Assembly (NCBI GenBank): GCA_965249485.1
Contig: OZ252239.1
Location: 896,001 to 960,000 of the forward strand
DNA length: 64,000 nucleotides
Direction of reading: 5' to 3'
Source of the DNA: a bacterium
GTDB taxonomy: Bacteria > SM23-31
The position numbers and the translations under genes were made by a program. Shown here in pieces: positions 11,768-22,128 of this stretch; the first letter of the stretch is position 1, and the number at the start of each line of letters is the position of its first letter. Below the pieces are notes generated by a model that did not search any database, was not told the DNA's origin, and saw only the letters and a list, made by a program, of their open reading frames with translations.

Positions 11768-13117
11768 CTAAGGAATAATAATAATATTCTCAGTAAAAGG
11801 ATAGAGCGGTTCGACACCTTTGTTCGTCACAATCGAATTGTCCTCGAGGTTGATGCTCAGGACACGATTCCATTCCGGTACGAATGTATGGACCATAAAT
11901 TCCAGTGAGAACAAGTGGTTTTCCTGAATAGTGAACTGACGCCGGTACGGGCGGAATGGTGCCATAGAAGCGCCGACGGCGAATTCACTCCGGCCATTAT
12001 TCCCGACCGGATGGCAGTCGACCGATACACCTGACTGTTCCGAATCACCGATCGCACTGACCATTACTCTATCCAGCGATCCGATATCAGTAAACGGTGT
12101 GTAAATATAGTCCGCGTCTTCCAGACTCGACACCATTTTCTTAAGTGTCTCTCCACCAGTCTTCCCGACTTTGATGGCTTTCCGGAGAATATCACGGGCG
12201 ATCTGAGCGCGCTCCCATGCCTTCTTGAGTCCGGCCGGAACATCAATTTCACCTTCTCTTAGAATATAGCCGTACTGTTTATTGTCAGTGCCGTAGTTCA
12301 GATAATTAATACCGAAGTCCCACCCCAGAAAATCGCCCCGGCGGTAAATATCACCATGCTCTTCACGGGGAACACCCGAGTGGGAAACACCTGGCGCAGT
12401 TGGACCACCCCAATTGGTTGTGAGATTGTGTTTCATAAGCTGGTCCTGTACCCACCATCCGAGATCTTCTCTCGTTGTGACATTCGGGACAATCCGCCGG
12501 TACGCTTCTCCCATGATCCGCCGCTGAATCTCGGCCATACGTCCGTATGCAAGAACTTCCGACTGGACTCTCCGCACGCGAAAATCCATCATAAACCGCT
12601 CGGCTGACACAGTCCGGTCAGCATACTTTTCGCCGAGAAGTCTCATCATTCTGTGATAAGCAGTATACTGCAGCGAATTCGACGCGGGAAGCCAATCGGA
12701 AATTTCGATAGCAATTCTTTTTGGATCACGCTCTCTCACAAACTCACCCAGATCAGCCTCATGCCCAAAGATATCATATAGTTCGGGATCGCCGCTACCG
12801 CCGAGAACGGCACGCTCAATCCTGTCACCACCCCGATCGGTGAATATGAAAAAGTTCAGCGTGTCGGTCACAGACCAATGCGGTCTAGCACCGATGTCAT
12901 GAGCAAGAATATCGGGCAATCCCTCGGTTGCCACATGGATCCACATGTCGATATCGTTGTCTCGCATCGCGCCGGGTAGCACAAGGTTGAGCTTTTCCTT
13001 CTGGATCATTTTCATCCATTCGTAACGTGCTCGTGCCTCGCTCTGCGCCCGCACATTGCTCCCGTTCAGGAGCGTACAAACTGAAAGCAGTACTAGAAAA
13101 AACTTCACTGTACGCAT
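11768..13117 (-). CDS. Secreted M24 (pita-bread fold) Xaa-Pro peptidase-like protein
   Basis: Signal peptide; D, D, H, E, E ligand pattern in WDFGI...GTD, DCHPVG, SLEF, LEDN. Confidence 0.8.
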   Translation of the reverse strand: MRTVKFFLVLLSVCTLLNGSNVRAQSEARARYEWMKMIQKEKLNLVLPGAMRDNDIDMWIHVATEGLPDILAHDIGARPHWSVTDTLNFFIFTDRGGDRIERAVLGGSGDPELYDIFGHEADLGEFVRERDPKRIAIEISDWLPASNSLQYTAYHRMMRLLGEKYADRTVSAERFMMDFRVRRVQSEVLAYGRMAEIQRRIMGEAYRRIVPNVTTREDLGWWVQDQLMKHNLTTNWGGPTAPGVSHSGVPREEHGDIYRRGDFLGWDFGINYLNYGTDNKQYGYILREGEIDVPAGLKKAWERAQIARDILRKAIKVGKTGGETLKKMVSSLEDADYIYTPFTDIGSLDRVMVSAIGDSEQSGVSVDCHPVGNNGRSEFAVGASMAPFRPYRRQFTIQENHLFSLEFMVHTFVPEWNRVLSINLEDNSIVTNKGVEPLYPFTENIIIIP

Positions 13118-13416
13118 TGCAATTCCTCCCTATAATGGTGTTACGATTCCTCTTGCAACGGAATTACCTTTAGAAAGAGAAAACGGTATTTAGATAATAC
13201 TATTGGTTATAATTAATGACATTGTTTAGAATAAAGGTGAAGTAGTACGGTTGGTGACGTAATAATACGGGAAAAGAGTTAGAGAGTCAAGAAAAGATTG
13301 GGCTAAAAATCGAATTTAAATAATTGTGCATTCCGTGATATTGTACAAAAGTACAAGAAATTCGGATGTGCTTAATGTGATTGTGTTTCATAAAGTAATG
13401 AAGAATAACTCAGATG

Positions 13417-13929
13417 TCACGTCTGCTCGGTTTTGTAGAGTTTGAATCCATGATTGCGGTAGTTTTTCAGTGCATATGGGTGGTCTTCGGTGCAGGTGTG
13501 TACCCAAATTCGAGTGGTCAGGGGGTTTGACCAGGCCTGTTCAACTGCGGCCAAAAGGAGCGGCCCGCCAAGCCCTTTTTTTATGAACCGTGAAAGCAGA
13601 CCGAAGTAGACGATTTCAACATTTCCGCTATCTTGAAATTGCAGCTCAAAAAATCCAGCGGCTTGATCGTTCAAATATCCGAGCCATGTTTCCAGATTCT
13701 GATTGTGAGCATACTGACCCCACTCCTCATCGGACCATACAAGCCGGTCAGTCCATCCCCATTTTTCTCCGACTTCTTTGTAATACTGCTCGTTGATCTT
13801 TGGATCAGGAGGATTCACCATCGACACACTGAATCCCGGCGGCGATTCCTTCCGTAGTAGTGCATCCTGATTGAGCATTTCAAGATAATATGTTGTAAGA
13901 CCTTCGATCATAGAACTCACCATGTTCAC
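13417..13929 (-). CDS. GNAT family N-acetyltransferase
   Basis: EIVYFGLL..FIKKGLGG.LL acetyl-CoA motif, WVHTCTEDHPYALKNY. Confidence 0.88.
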   Translation of the reverse strand: MNMVSSMIEGLTTYYLEMLNQDALLRKESPPGFSVSMVNPPDPKINEQYYKEVGEKWGWTDRLVWSDEEWGQYAHNQNLETWLGYLNDQAAGFFELQFQDSGNVEIVYFGLLSRFIKKGLGGPLLLAAVEQAWSNPLTTRIWVHTCTEDHPYALKNYRNHGFKLYKTEQT

Positions 13930-13936
13930 TGCTTAA

Positions 13937-14507
13937 TTATGACTGCACAATGCGGTTAAAATGGTATGATTTCGTACCTGTTTCATACGTGGTTTGTACA
14001 AGTCCGTTTGCATAGGAATTAGTAGAAACATGTCGTAACTTCAGGTCAATTTTTAACGGTCCGAACAGAGGAATGCCACAACCAAGTAGGACCGGTATGG
14101 TTGTTATAATCAGTTGATCGACCAGCTCTACATCCAGAAAAGACCGGATGGTCAAACCACCGTCTACAATAGATATGCTTTATTCCCGAATCATGAGCAT
14201 ATGAGACCACCTCATGCGGTGAGCAATTTTTCACTTCAACGTCTTTGGTAAGTTCCTCAGACAGAATTAATTCCCTTGACGTCAGGACAATCACCTTCGT
14301 TTCGGTATATGGCCACGGATCAAAGCTTACACATTGATCAAAAGTGTTCCTGCCCATAATAATGGCATCAACCGAATCCACAAAGGCGGTATAGCCATAA
14401 TCTTCTCCTGCTGATTCTACATTCAGCCAGTCGAGATCGCCATCCTGCCGGGCGATATACCCGTCAAGGCTCTGCGCAATATATACCGATATTTTCGGTC
14501 TGTTCAT
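13937..14507 (-). pseudogene. Dihydrofolate reductase / RibD C-terminal domain family protein, +1 indel near 14168
   Basis: YIAQSLDGYIAR...MGRNTF in 14046..14507; removing one T restores HIYVDGGLTIRSFL...IPVLLG.GIPLF in 13937..14155. Confidence 0.85.
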
Positions 14508-15598
14508 CGTTTGTTTTTCTTGTGTTTTATAACCGATTTAATCATTTTTCCGAACTGCCTGTCTTTCTGCCGTTTTTCCAGATAAGACATCTCGTTATAG
14601 TCCGACTCTTTTCCCATTTTTATGTAATTGTGGTATCGCGCACGGGGGAGTGTGTTGTCTTCGACCGCTTTTAGGACTGCGCATCCTTTTTCATGAATAT
14701 GGGAGCAGTCGCTGAACTGGCATTCTTCCGATAGTTCGGCTATCTCAGAAAACGCCTCATTGAGACCCGATTCAACAGAGAACATACCGAGTTCCCGGAT
14801 ACCGGGAGTATCAATAATCATCGCGCCGGACTTCAGCCATATCAATTGACGGTGTGATGTTGTGTGCCGCCCTCTGCTGTCTTTTTCCCGTACAGCTTGC
14901 GTTTCGAAGAGCAATTCACCGATGAGATTGTTGAGCAGCGTAGTCTTGCCGACACCGGATGAACCCACAAGACAATACGTCTGTCCGGAAACAAGTACAT
15001 TTTGAACATCAGCAAATCCCATTTTATTCTCATTACTGAATGGGTATACCGGTAGGTGCGGCATTATGCCCTTAATGTCTGCGATCCTGCTTTCAATGTC
15101 CTCAGGAGATAGCAAATCGCTTTTGCTCAGTAGTACAACCGGTCGGATGCCGCCGTCGGAAATCATGACGAGATACCGTTCCAGACGCCGGAGATTGAAA
15201 TTCGCATCCAAAGATTGAACAATAAATGCTGTGTCGATATTTGCGGCAATAAGCTGAATATCGACCGTTTTTCCCGGTGTTTTTCTTTTGAGCAGGGATT
15301 TTCTCGGCAGAATTTCATGGATAATTGCCGAAGTGTTTTCGTTGTAAAACTGTGCATATACCCAATCGCCGACCGTCGGAAAATCGATTGGTGATTCTGT
15401 GCTGTAGGTAAATTTGCCGACCAGCTCCGCAAACACATCGTACTCTCCATTGGTTACAACAAAGCTGTCTTTATGGACGGCAATCACTCTCGCCGGTTCA
15501 AATTCCGTCAGTTTCACCGTGTCGGCATTATCCTGAGACCAGGAATCAAAACCAAGATTTTTTAGAGTATCAGTTACTTCTTTCATAAGAAATTCCAA
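14504..15598 (-). CDS. rsgA: Ribosome small subunit-dependent GTPase A
   Basis: Circularly permuted GTPase: SKSDL, GSSGVGKTT, GRHTT, DTPG, zinc site CQFSDCSHIHEKGC. Confidence 0.93.
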   Translation of the reverse strand: MEFLMKEVTDTLKNLGFDSWSQDNADTVKLTEFEPARVIAVHKDSFVVTNGEYDVFAELVGKFTYSTESPIDFPTVGDWVYAQFYNENTSAIIHEILPRKSLLKRKTPGKTVDIQLIAANIDTAFIVQSLDANFNLRRLERYLVMISDGGIRPVVLLSKSDLLSPEDIESRIADIKGIMPHLPVYPFSNENKMGFADVQNVLVSGQTYCLVGSSGVGKTTLLNNLIGELLFETQAVREKDSRGRHTTSHRQLIWLKSGAMIIDTPGIRELGMFSVESGLNEAFSEIAELSEECQFSDCSHIHEKGCAVLKAVEDNTLPRARYHNYIKMGKESDYNEMSYLEKRQKDRQFGKMIKSVIKHKKNKR

Positions 15599-15685
15599 AA
15601 ATCACAAAACAAATAAGGTTCCAAATTTGAAACTATGCATCTTACTACTTCTCACGGAATTTTTCAAGAGAAAATGGTATAAAAA

Positions 15686-16567
15686 TCATTCTGTTTTCAT
15701 GAATCGGTGTAAAAGCGAAGGGAGGATAAAGACAGAAGTGAGGTAACAGAGACCGATACCAAGACAGACGAGAATACCGAGGCTTGCATACCCCCGGTAT
15801 ATTGACGGAATGAGTGAGCCGAATCCAAGCAATGTCGTAACGGTCGTGAGGGTGATTGATTTGCCAATGCTCGAAACGGTATACGATAGTTTTTTCCTGC
15901 CCTCTGCACGGTACCGGTGAATTACATGGACACCGTCAATATCTTCCACATCCCGCTGAAGTAACGTTTTGAGCAGGAAATCGGGATTATCATCTTCGTA
16001 GTAATCGACCTTCCAAATGACGGAAGAACCCCTGTCGGTCCAGATAATAAGCCGGGAGTAATTTGAATTGATCTCCTCACGTAGCGTCAGTTCGACGACA
16101 AAACAATCATGGCCTTCAAACCTCTCATCATCGAGCCGGACATGCGTATAGTCGTTCAGAAAACTGTCTCCCGATCCCAGATCTTCATAGGCAAAATCGC
16201 TCCCCTGCATTTTCTGCTTTTTCGCATGAGTTGCCAATTTTCTCACTCTGTCGGTGCGCGGGTCATAACTCCAGATGTCATCCGCATTGTTCAGCATCAA
16301 CGTTGCCTGATCCTTTATTCTGCGCGGTCCTGTATACCGTATTAAATTCTTTTCTCCACGATTATTTGACCACGAATTGTAGAATAATTCCCTCGCCTTA
16401 CCCGATGATGTGGTCATAGTGAGTTTGACTTGCGCATACATGCTTTCCTGATGAAGAACTGCTGTTGCCCGTTCAATAATATCATATGCAGTGATGTCTT
16501 GTGAATAGAGAGGAACTGCTAAGAAAAACATCAGCAGAATCACGAACATTGTTTGCAATGTGCTCAT
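15686..16567 (-). CDS. Chimeric ORF: outer-membrane lipoprotein-sorting (LolA-like) protein fused to the last helices of an MMPL transporter; probable deletion remnant
   Basis: LolA-like motifs (DDIWSY.P...RVRK, GSDFAYEDL, YSRLIIW.D) up to EDIDG, followed immediately by the MMPL terminal motif DGVHVIHRYR...GKSITLTTVTTLLGFGSL...ILPSLL. Confidence 0.75.
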   Translation of the reverse strand: MSTLQTMFVILLMFFLAVPLYSQDITAYDIIERATAVLHQESMYAQVKLTMTTSSGKARELFYNSWSNNRGEKNLIRYTGPRRIKDQATLMLNNADDIWSYDPRTDRVRKLATHAKKQKMQGSDFAYEDLGSGDSFLNDYTHVRLDDERFEGHDCFVVELTLREEINSNYSRLIIWTDRGSSVIWKVDYYEDDNPDFLLKTLLQRDVEDIDGVHVIHRYRAEGRKKLSYTVSSIGKSITLTTVTTLLGFGSLIPSIYRGYASLGILVCLGIGLCYLTSVFILPSLLHRFMKTE

Positions 16568-16718
16568 AATAACTCCGCACAAGAATTTCTGAACAGGTAT
16601 ACCTGAAATTTTCATTAATTTAGTTGCTCTATATGCTATTGCGAACCCCGTTCATTGGAATTTAACAGTCTCTGATTCCAATATTTTTAGAATACTTTAA
16701 AAATCACTCAATCATATA

Positions 16719-17363
16719 TTATATTGTAACTGATTTTGTTTCCATCAATTGTTCCAAGGCTATCCCTCGGAGAAATACATTAAAAAACGAGTCTGATAAA
16801 GTGGTCAAATCGATACTACTCTTGTCGAGCATCCACTGTAGAATGATTCCGTCGAGCGCCCCGATCAGGAATGCCGCGGTTTCATGCGGGTCGACATCGC
16901 GAAACACACCTTTTTTAATTCCCGACTCAATGATCGGTGCAATCTGCCCCCTGTACTCTGAATAGACCTGGGCCATACTGAATAGCTTTTCCGATTCGGA
17001 ATCTCTGCTCCTGATACCTTCTGCCCAGAAATCGGTCAATAATTCGAGATACTCAAATGAGGTTTCTTCCAGAACCTCAATCCATGAATCGATAAGTGCT
17101 TTCAGCCGGTCTGCCGGATCGTACAGGTTCTTCATTTTGCTGATCTGGACCTGCCCGACTTCATGCCTGAACTTATCGAATGCTCCGGCCAAAATGTCAT
17201 TCTTGCTCTCGAAGTATTCGTAGACTGTTCCCTTTCCAATGCCGGCAGCTTCCGCAATTTCGGCGATAGTGACTTCACGGAATCCTCTGCGTGCAATGAC
17301 CCGCATAGCCGCACCCAATATCTCGTTTTTTTTAATGTCTTTATCGATGATTTTTGGACTCAT
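16719..17363 (-). CDS. TetR/AcrR family transcriptional regulator
   Basis: HTH ILGAAMRVIARRGF...IAEAAGIGKGTVYEYFESK. Confidence 0.95.
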   Translation of the reverse strand: MSPKIIDKDIKKNEILGAAMRVIARRGFREVTIAEIAEAAGIGKGTVYEYFESKNDILAGAFDKFRHEVGQVQISKMKNLYDPADRLKALIDSWIEVLEETSFEYLELLTDFWAEGIRSRDSESEKLFSMAQVYSEYRGQIAPIIESGIKKGVFRDVDPHETAAFLIGALDGIILQWMLDKSSIDLTTLSDSFFNVFLRGIALEQLMETKSVTI

Positions 17364-17383
17364 TTCCTAGGTTCCTTTTATAT

Positions 17384-17401
17384 TGACCGACCGTTCGGTC
17401 A
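17384..17401. promoter_or_regulatory. Palindromic operator, probably the TetR autoregulatory site
   Basis: TGACCGA-CCGT-TCGGTCA, perfect 7-bp arms about 20 bp upstream of the TetR start codon. Confidence 0.7.
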
Positions 17402-17729
17402 TAATATACAAATAGTTTCGTTCGGACGCAAGAAAAAAGATTACAAACTGTTTAACGTAGTGTGTTTATCCGCAGAAAGGTGAAATTGATGTGTCTAATG
17501 TGGTAATTGTGAAATATTGCTATATAAAGAGGAGACCGTATTTGTACAATGAGTGGTTTATATGGTTGAACCAAATGAAAAAGGTATGGAATTACTTGCG
17601 TTCTGATAAAGACTTATGATGCCGTTTGCGTAATAAACCATTGCTGAGGATGGAAGAGAAATGAATATGTTTTTGATTCCTATGTGTTTCCGAAAATATT
17701 CAATTCTGTTCGGCTCGGGAAAAATTCAT

Positions 17730-19409
17730 TTACTCAAACACATCGGTAACACATCCCTGATGTGCCGGAGATACGTTTGCAATATATTTTCTCAGGGTAC
17801 CTTTTTCCGCTTTCAGTGGTGGTGCCTGCCACTGTGATCGCCGCCTGTCCATCTCTGCATCATCAATTGCGACAGACAGTTCGTTATTATCGGCATCGAT
17901 AGTGATAATATCTCCTTCTTTGACGAGTGCGATCGGTCCGCCTTCCTGTGCTTCGGGAGTGACATGTCCGACAACAAAACCATGTGTTCCGCCTGAAAAC
18001 CGTCCATCGGTGATAAGGGCAACATCGTTACCGAGTCCGGCACCAATAATCGCGGATGTTACTGTCAACATTTCACTCATACCCGGACCACCTTTCGGGC
18101 CCTCATACCGGATCACAATCACATCACCCTTTTCGATTTTTTTCTGCTCGAGTGCAGCAAGTGTTTCCTCTTCTGATTCGTACACTTTTGCAGGACCGCT
18201 GAACCGCTCCCCTTCTTTTCCGGTTATCTTTGCCACTGAACTGGTCGGTGAAAGATTTCCGTATAGAATTTGAATATGCCCCGTCGGTTTAATAGGATCA
18301 CTGAATGAATAGATAACATTTTGATCCTCTGAAAGGGGTGCGGCAGAATCCAGGTTTTCTGCAAGTGTTTTTCCGGTGACTGTCATACAGTCACCATGGA
18401 GCAATCCCTTTTCGAGAAGCATTTTCTGAACAGCTGGAACACCCCCTACTTTATGCAGATCTTCCATGAGATACTGGCCGCTTGGTTTCAGGTTGGCAAG
18501 AAAAGGTGTTTTATCACTGATTGCCTGAAAATCGTCAACTGTCAGCGGGATATCAACCGATTTAGCAATCGCGATCAAATGGAGAACCGCATTGGTCGAT
18601 CCTCCGAGAATCATAACGACCGTAATGGCATTCTCAAATGCCTCGCGCGTCATAATATCGCGGGGTTTCAGGTCCTGTTCAAGTAATGCCTTCATAGTCT
18701 GAGCGGCGTTCATCGTTTCATTCAATTTTTCCTCGCTCTCGGCGGGATTGGATGAACTGTACGGCAGAGTCATACCGAGGGTCTCTATAGCGGAAGCCAT
18801 CGTGTTTGCCGTGTACATTCCGCCACACGCTCCGGCACCGGGGCATGACCGTTTGAAAATTTCAGTCAACTGCTCACGATCGATTTTACCGCTGAAATAC
18901 TCGCCGTACGCCTGGAACGACGACACAATATCGAGATCTTTCCCGTCGAGATGACCCGGTTTAATGGTTCCGCCATAGATCATAAGTCCCGGACGGTTCA
19001 TCCTGCCGAGTGCCATGAGACAACCCGGCATATTCTTATCGCAGCCAGGAATCGTAACAAGACCGTCGTACCACTGCGCATTGACAACCGTTTCGATCGA
19101 ATCTGCAATAATATCACGGGATTGGAGTGAATAATTCATACCCTCGGTTCCCATCGAAATGCCATCGCTCACACCGATCGTATTGAATACAAGGCCGACC
19201 ATATCGTTTTTCCAGACAGCCTTCCTGACCTGGGCTGCAAGACCGTTAAGGTGCATATTACACGTATTCCCCTCAAATCCCATACTGGCAATACCGATCT
19301 GAGGTTTATTCATATCTTCTTCTTTCAGTCCCACACCATAAAGCATAGCCTGTGATGCAGCCTGCGACAAACGCTGGGTTATTCGTTTGCTGTATTTATT
19401 TAATTCCAT
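17730..19409 (-). CDS. ilvD: Dihydroxy-acid dehydratase
   Basis: [60 protein letters not shown]. Confidence 0.97.
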   Translation of the reverse strand: MELNKYSKRITQRLSQAASQAMLYGVGLKEEDMNKPQIGIASMGFEGNTCNMHLNGLAAQVRKAVWKNDMVGLVFNTIGVSDGISMGTEGMNYSLQSRDIIADSIETVVNAQWYDGLVTIPGCDKNMPGCLMALGRMNRPGLMIYGGTIKPGHLDGKDLDIVSSFQAYGEYFSGKIDREQLTEIFKRSCPGAGACGGMYTANTMASAIETLGMTLPYSSSNPAESEEKLNETMNAAQTMKALLEQDLKPRDIMTREAFENAITVVMILGGSTNAVLHLIAIAKSVDIPLTVDDFQAISDKTPFLANLKPSGQYLMEDLHKVGGVPAVQKMLLEKGLLHGDCMTVTGKTLAENLDSAAPLSEDQNVIYSFSDPIKPTGHIQILYGNLSPTSSVAKITGKEGERFSGPAKVYESEEETLAALEQKKIEKGDVIVIRYEGPKGGPGMSEMLTVTSAIIGAGLGNDVALITDGRFSGGTHGFVVGHVTPEAQEGGPIALVKEGDIITIDADNNELSVAIDDAEMDRRRSQWQAPPLKAEKGTLRKYIANVSPAHQGCVTDVFE

Positions 19410-19776
19410 TATTCACTCCTCAGTGATTACGACGACAAGATATGATTTTTTTAGATAATTCGGATGGCAAAATTAATGAATAATATAGCCAAATTAACCT
19501 AACCTTCAAAGATTTTATTTTTGAACATTATGTTAATTTGGTATTGGTATATTTAATTGAAGCAAGGTGAAATACTAGTCCCGAATGTGTTTTGAGACGT
19601 TTGATTTTATGTGGAAAAAACCTCATGATCTTTGTATGAAGTTTGACAAGGTATTAATGTTATTGCGAAAATAATTATTAGTATTGTAAATGACTCTAAC
19701 TGATATACGGAAGATATTGCCGTTTTTCTGACTCGCATTTATCAAAGTTCAGGATTTTTCAGCATAAAATTTTTCA

Positions 19777-19792
19777 TGGCACAGTACTTGCA
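19777..19792 (+). promoter_or_regulatory. Sigma54 (RpoN) -24/-12 promoter motif facing the ilvB operon
   Basis: TGGCAC-AGTAC-TTGCA matches the consensus TGGCAC-N5-TTGCW exactly. Confidence 0.6.
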
Positions 19793-19951
19793 GAATAAAT
19801 CTTTACCGGTCTCTATTTACAGTGAGATATGTTCAATGCTTGATGGATATTCAACTGTTATTATTGATAAATTGATCAAAGTTTATACGTAATATTCGTG
19901 TTCGTAAGAAGCTATAACATCAGAAAAAATACACATTTAAATTAATTTTTC

Positions 19952-19979
19952 TTGACATTCGTTAATTAATTTATAAAAT
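19952..19979 (+). promoter_or_regulatory. Sigma70-type promoter for the ilv-leu leader
   Basis: TTGACA-N16-TAAAAT with AT-rich upstream sequence, about 45 nt before the leader ATG. Confidence 0.6.
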
Positions 19980-20023
19980 TAACCGAACATAGTACATAGA
20001 GAAACAATACATTTTCTAAAGTA

Positions 20024-20191
20024 ATGATGATGAATCCTACACGAGTACAAGACATACGATTACAAGCCTTGCGGAGCAACACAAGCTCTGTTCACAGGAA
20101 TCGTCTGTCTTCTGCTTTGCTACTTGGTTTAGACCTGATTTTACTTAGCCTCCTTAGTATAGGAGTTGCTTCTGGACTTATTTTTAGATAA
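20024..20191 (+). CDS. Putative ilv-leu operon leader peptide (55 aa), absent from the ORF track
   Basis: MMMNPTRVQDIRLQALRSNTSSVHRNRLSSALLLGLDLILLSLLSIGVASGLIFR*; residues 28-53 contain 11 Leu, 3 Ile and 1 Val; lies directly upstream of ilvB. Confidence 0.7.
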   Translation: MMMNPTRVQDIRLQALRSNTSSVHRNRLSSALLLGLDLILLSLLSIGVASGLIFR

Positions 20192-20279
20192 GAAACCAGA
20201 GGTCAATTCCTACAACCTTCATACACAAAACCTTTTTTTCCTTGAACATTTTTTCTTAGATTGTAGAATTGACCTTTGG
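20160..20279 (+). promoter_or_regulatory. Attenuator-like alternative RNA hairpins
   Basis: Segment 20196-20215 (CCAGAGGTCAATTCCTACAA) can pair either with 20160-20175 (TAGGAGTTGCTTCTGG, inside the leader ORF) or with 20261-20279 (TTGTAGAATTGACCTTTGG). Confidence 0.65.
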
Positions 20280-20312
20280 CATGGTTATATATATTAAAAT
20301 GGGGTGTGCCAG

Positions 20313-22082
20313 ATGAAAACAGCAGCATTTAAAAAAACAGGCTCTCGTAAAGCTAATCCACTGGATGAAATTGACGGTGGCGAAATACAGGGCGAGTACA
20401 AAAAACTTTCTGGCGGGGAGATTTTCGTAGAATCACTCCTGGCTGAAGGTGTCGACACGGTATTTGGGTATCCCGGAGGTGTCGTCCTCGGTTTATACGA
20501 CGTGCTTTTCAATCGTCCCGAATTGCGGCATATACTTGTCCGTCATGAATGTGGTGGAACATTCGCAGCCGACGGATATGCGCGGGCAACCGGAAAACCG
20601 GGCGTTGTTCTCGTCACATCCGGACCTGGTGCAACAAATACGATTACCGGAATAACTTCCGCATTTATGGATTCGGTCCCAATTGTCGTATTTACCGGAC
20701 AGGTTGTTGCGAGTATGATCGGCAATGACGCTTTTCAGGAAGCCGACATGATCGGATTGTCAAGGCCGATCACCAAACACAGCTACCTCGTCAAAGATTC
20801 GAGTCAGCTCGCACAAATTATTAAAGAGGCATTTTTCATTGCAACTTCTGGCAAACCGGGACCAGTTGTGATCGATATGCCGAAGGATATGCTCAATGAT
20901 ATTTGTGAGTATGTAGAGCCCTCTCAGAAGATTGAAATCCGTGGTTATAATCCGAAGATTTTAGGAAATGTCCGTCAGATCAAGCGTGCCTCAAACCTCA
21001 TAAAAAATGCAAAGCGGCCAGTGTTCTATGTCGGTGGAGGTGTCATTAATGCAAATGCCACCGAAGAATTGAAAGCAGTCATCGAAAAAAGTTCTGTTCC
21101 GGTTACGACAACTTTGCTTGGTCTTGGTGCTTTTCCCGAAAGTTCTCCGTTTGCACTCGGAATGCTCGGAATGCACGGAACATGGTATGCGAATACGGCA
21201 GTCGATCAATGTGATCTGCTTATTGCGGTCGGAGCCAGGTTCGACGACAGAATTACCGGAAGACTTGATAAATTTTCTCAAGAATCGAAAAAAATTCATA
21301 TTGACATCGATCCGTCTTGTATCGGTAAAAATGTTCCGGTTGACGTTCCGATTGTGGGCGATGCAAAGAAGATTTTGGCAGTGTTAGTCGATTACATCGA
21401 AAAACCGGATATAGCAGACTGGAAAGCAACGATTGACAAATGGAAAGAAGAGCATCCGCTTAAATGTGATCAGATTGGTGATGAAATTTTACCCCAGTAT
21501 ATGGTCAGAAAAATTTCAGAGGTGACAAAAGGTGAAGCAATCGTTGTAACCGACGTTGGCCAACACCAGATGTGGACAGCCCAACACTACACCTTTAATC
21601 ATCCCCGGTCGCATATAACATCTGGCGGTTTGGGATCGATGGGCTTCGGATTCCCGGCAGCAATGGGGGCCGCAGTCGGCTGTCCTGACAGGAGGGTTGT
21701 CTGTATTACCGGTGATGCAGGTTTTCAGATGAGCATGTACGAACTGGCTACCGCCGTTCATTATAAAATACCTGTCATCATTGCAATAATGAACAACGGA
21801 TACCTTGGTATGGTGAGGCAGTGGCAGGAGCTATTCTTCGGCGGCCGTTACTCACATTCCGATCTCGATCAGAGCAACCCCGATTTTGTGAAACTTGCCG
21901 AAAGCTTCGGAGCGGTCGGTATGCGGGTTTCAAAACCGGATGAACTGGAAGGTTTTCTGAGGAAAGCGTTAAAAGTAAAAGACAAGCCGGTTGTTCTCGA
22001 TATCGTTGTGAAACGAGAGGAGAACTGTTATCCAATGATACCGGCGGGTGGTGCGGCGGCCGATATGGTCGAAAATGATTAG
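20313..22082 (+). CDS. ilvB: Acetolactate synthase large subunit, biosynthetic type
   Basis: FGYPGG, VRHE, TSGPGATN, DAFQEAD, RFDDRITG, TDVGQHQMW, GDAGFQM...NNGYLGMVRQWQ; ATG 20313 preferred over GTG 20304 from SD spacing. Confidence 0.96.
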   Translation: MKTAAFKKTGSRKANPLDEIDGGEIQGEYKKLSGGEIFVESLLAEGVDTVFGYPGGVVLGLYDVLFNRPELRHILVRHECGGTFAADGYARATGKPGVVLVTSGPGATNTITGITSAFMDSVPIVVFTGQVVASMIGNDAFQEADMIGLSRPITKHSYLVKDSSQLAQIIKEAFFIATSGKPGPVVIDMPKDMLNDICEYVEPSQKIEIRGYNPKILGNVRQIKRASNLIKNAKRPVFYVGGGVINANATEELKAVIEKSSVPVTTTLLGLGAFPESSPFALGMLGMHGTWYANTAVDQCDLLIAVGARFDDRITGRLDKFSQESKKIHIDIDPSCIGKNVPVDVPIVGDAKKILAVLVDYIEKPDIADWKATIDKWKEEHPLKCDQIGDEILPQYMVRKISEVTKGEAIVVTDVGQHQMWTAQHYTFNHPRSHITSGGLGSMGFGFPAAMGAAVGCPDRRVVCITGDAGFQMSMYELATAVHYKIPVIIAIMNNGYLGMVRQWQELFFGGRYSHSDLDQSNPDFVKLAESFGAVGMRVSKPDELEGFLRKALKVKDKPVVLDIVVKREENCYPMIPAGGAAADMVEND

Positions 22083-22128
22083 CGAATAAATTGACAGTTA
22101 TACAATTTAAAAATGTGGAGCGGGCAAC

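Noticed and set aside
19980..20312. T-box riboswitch upstream of ilvB
   Set aside because: No AGGGTGGNACCGCG T-box motif; a leader peptide explains the region better
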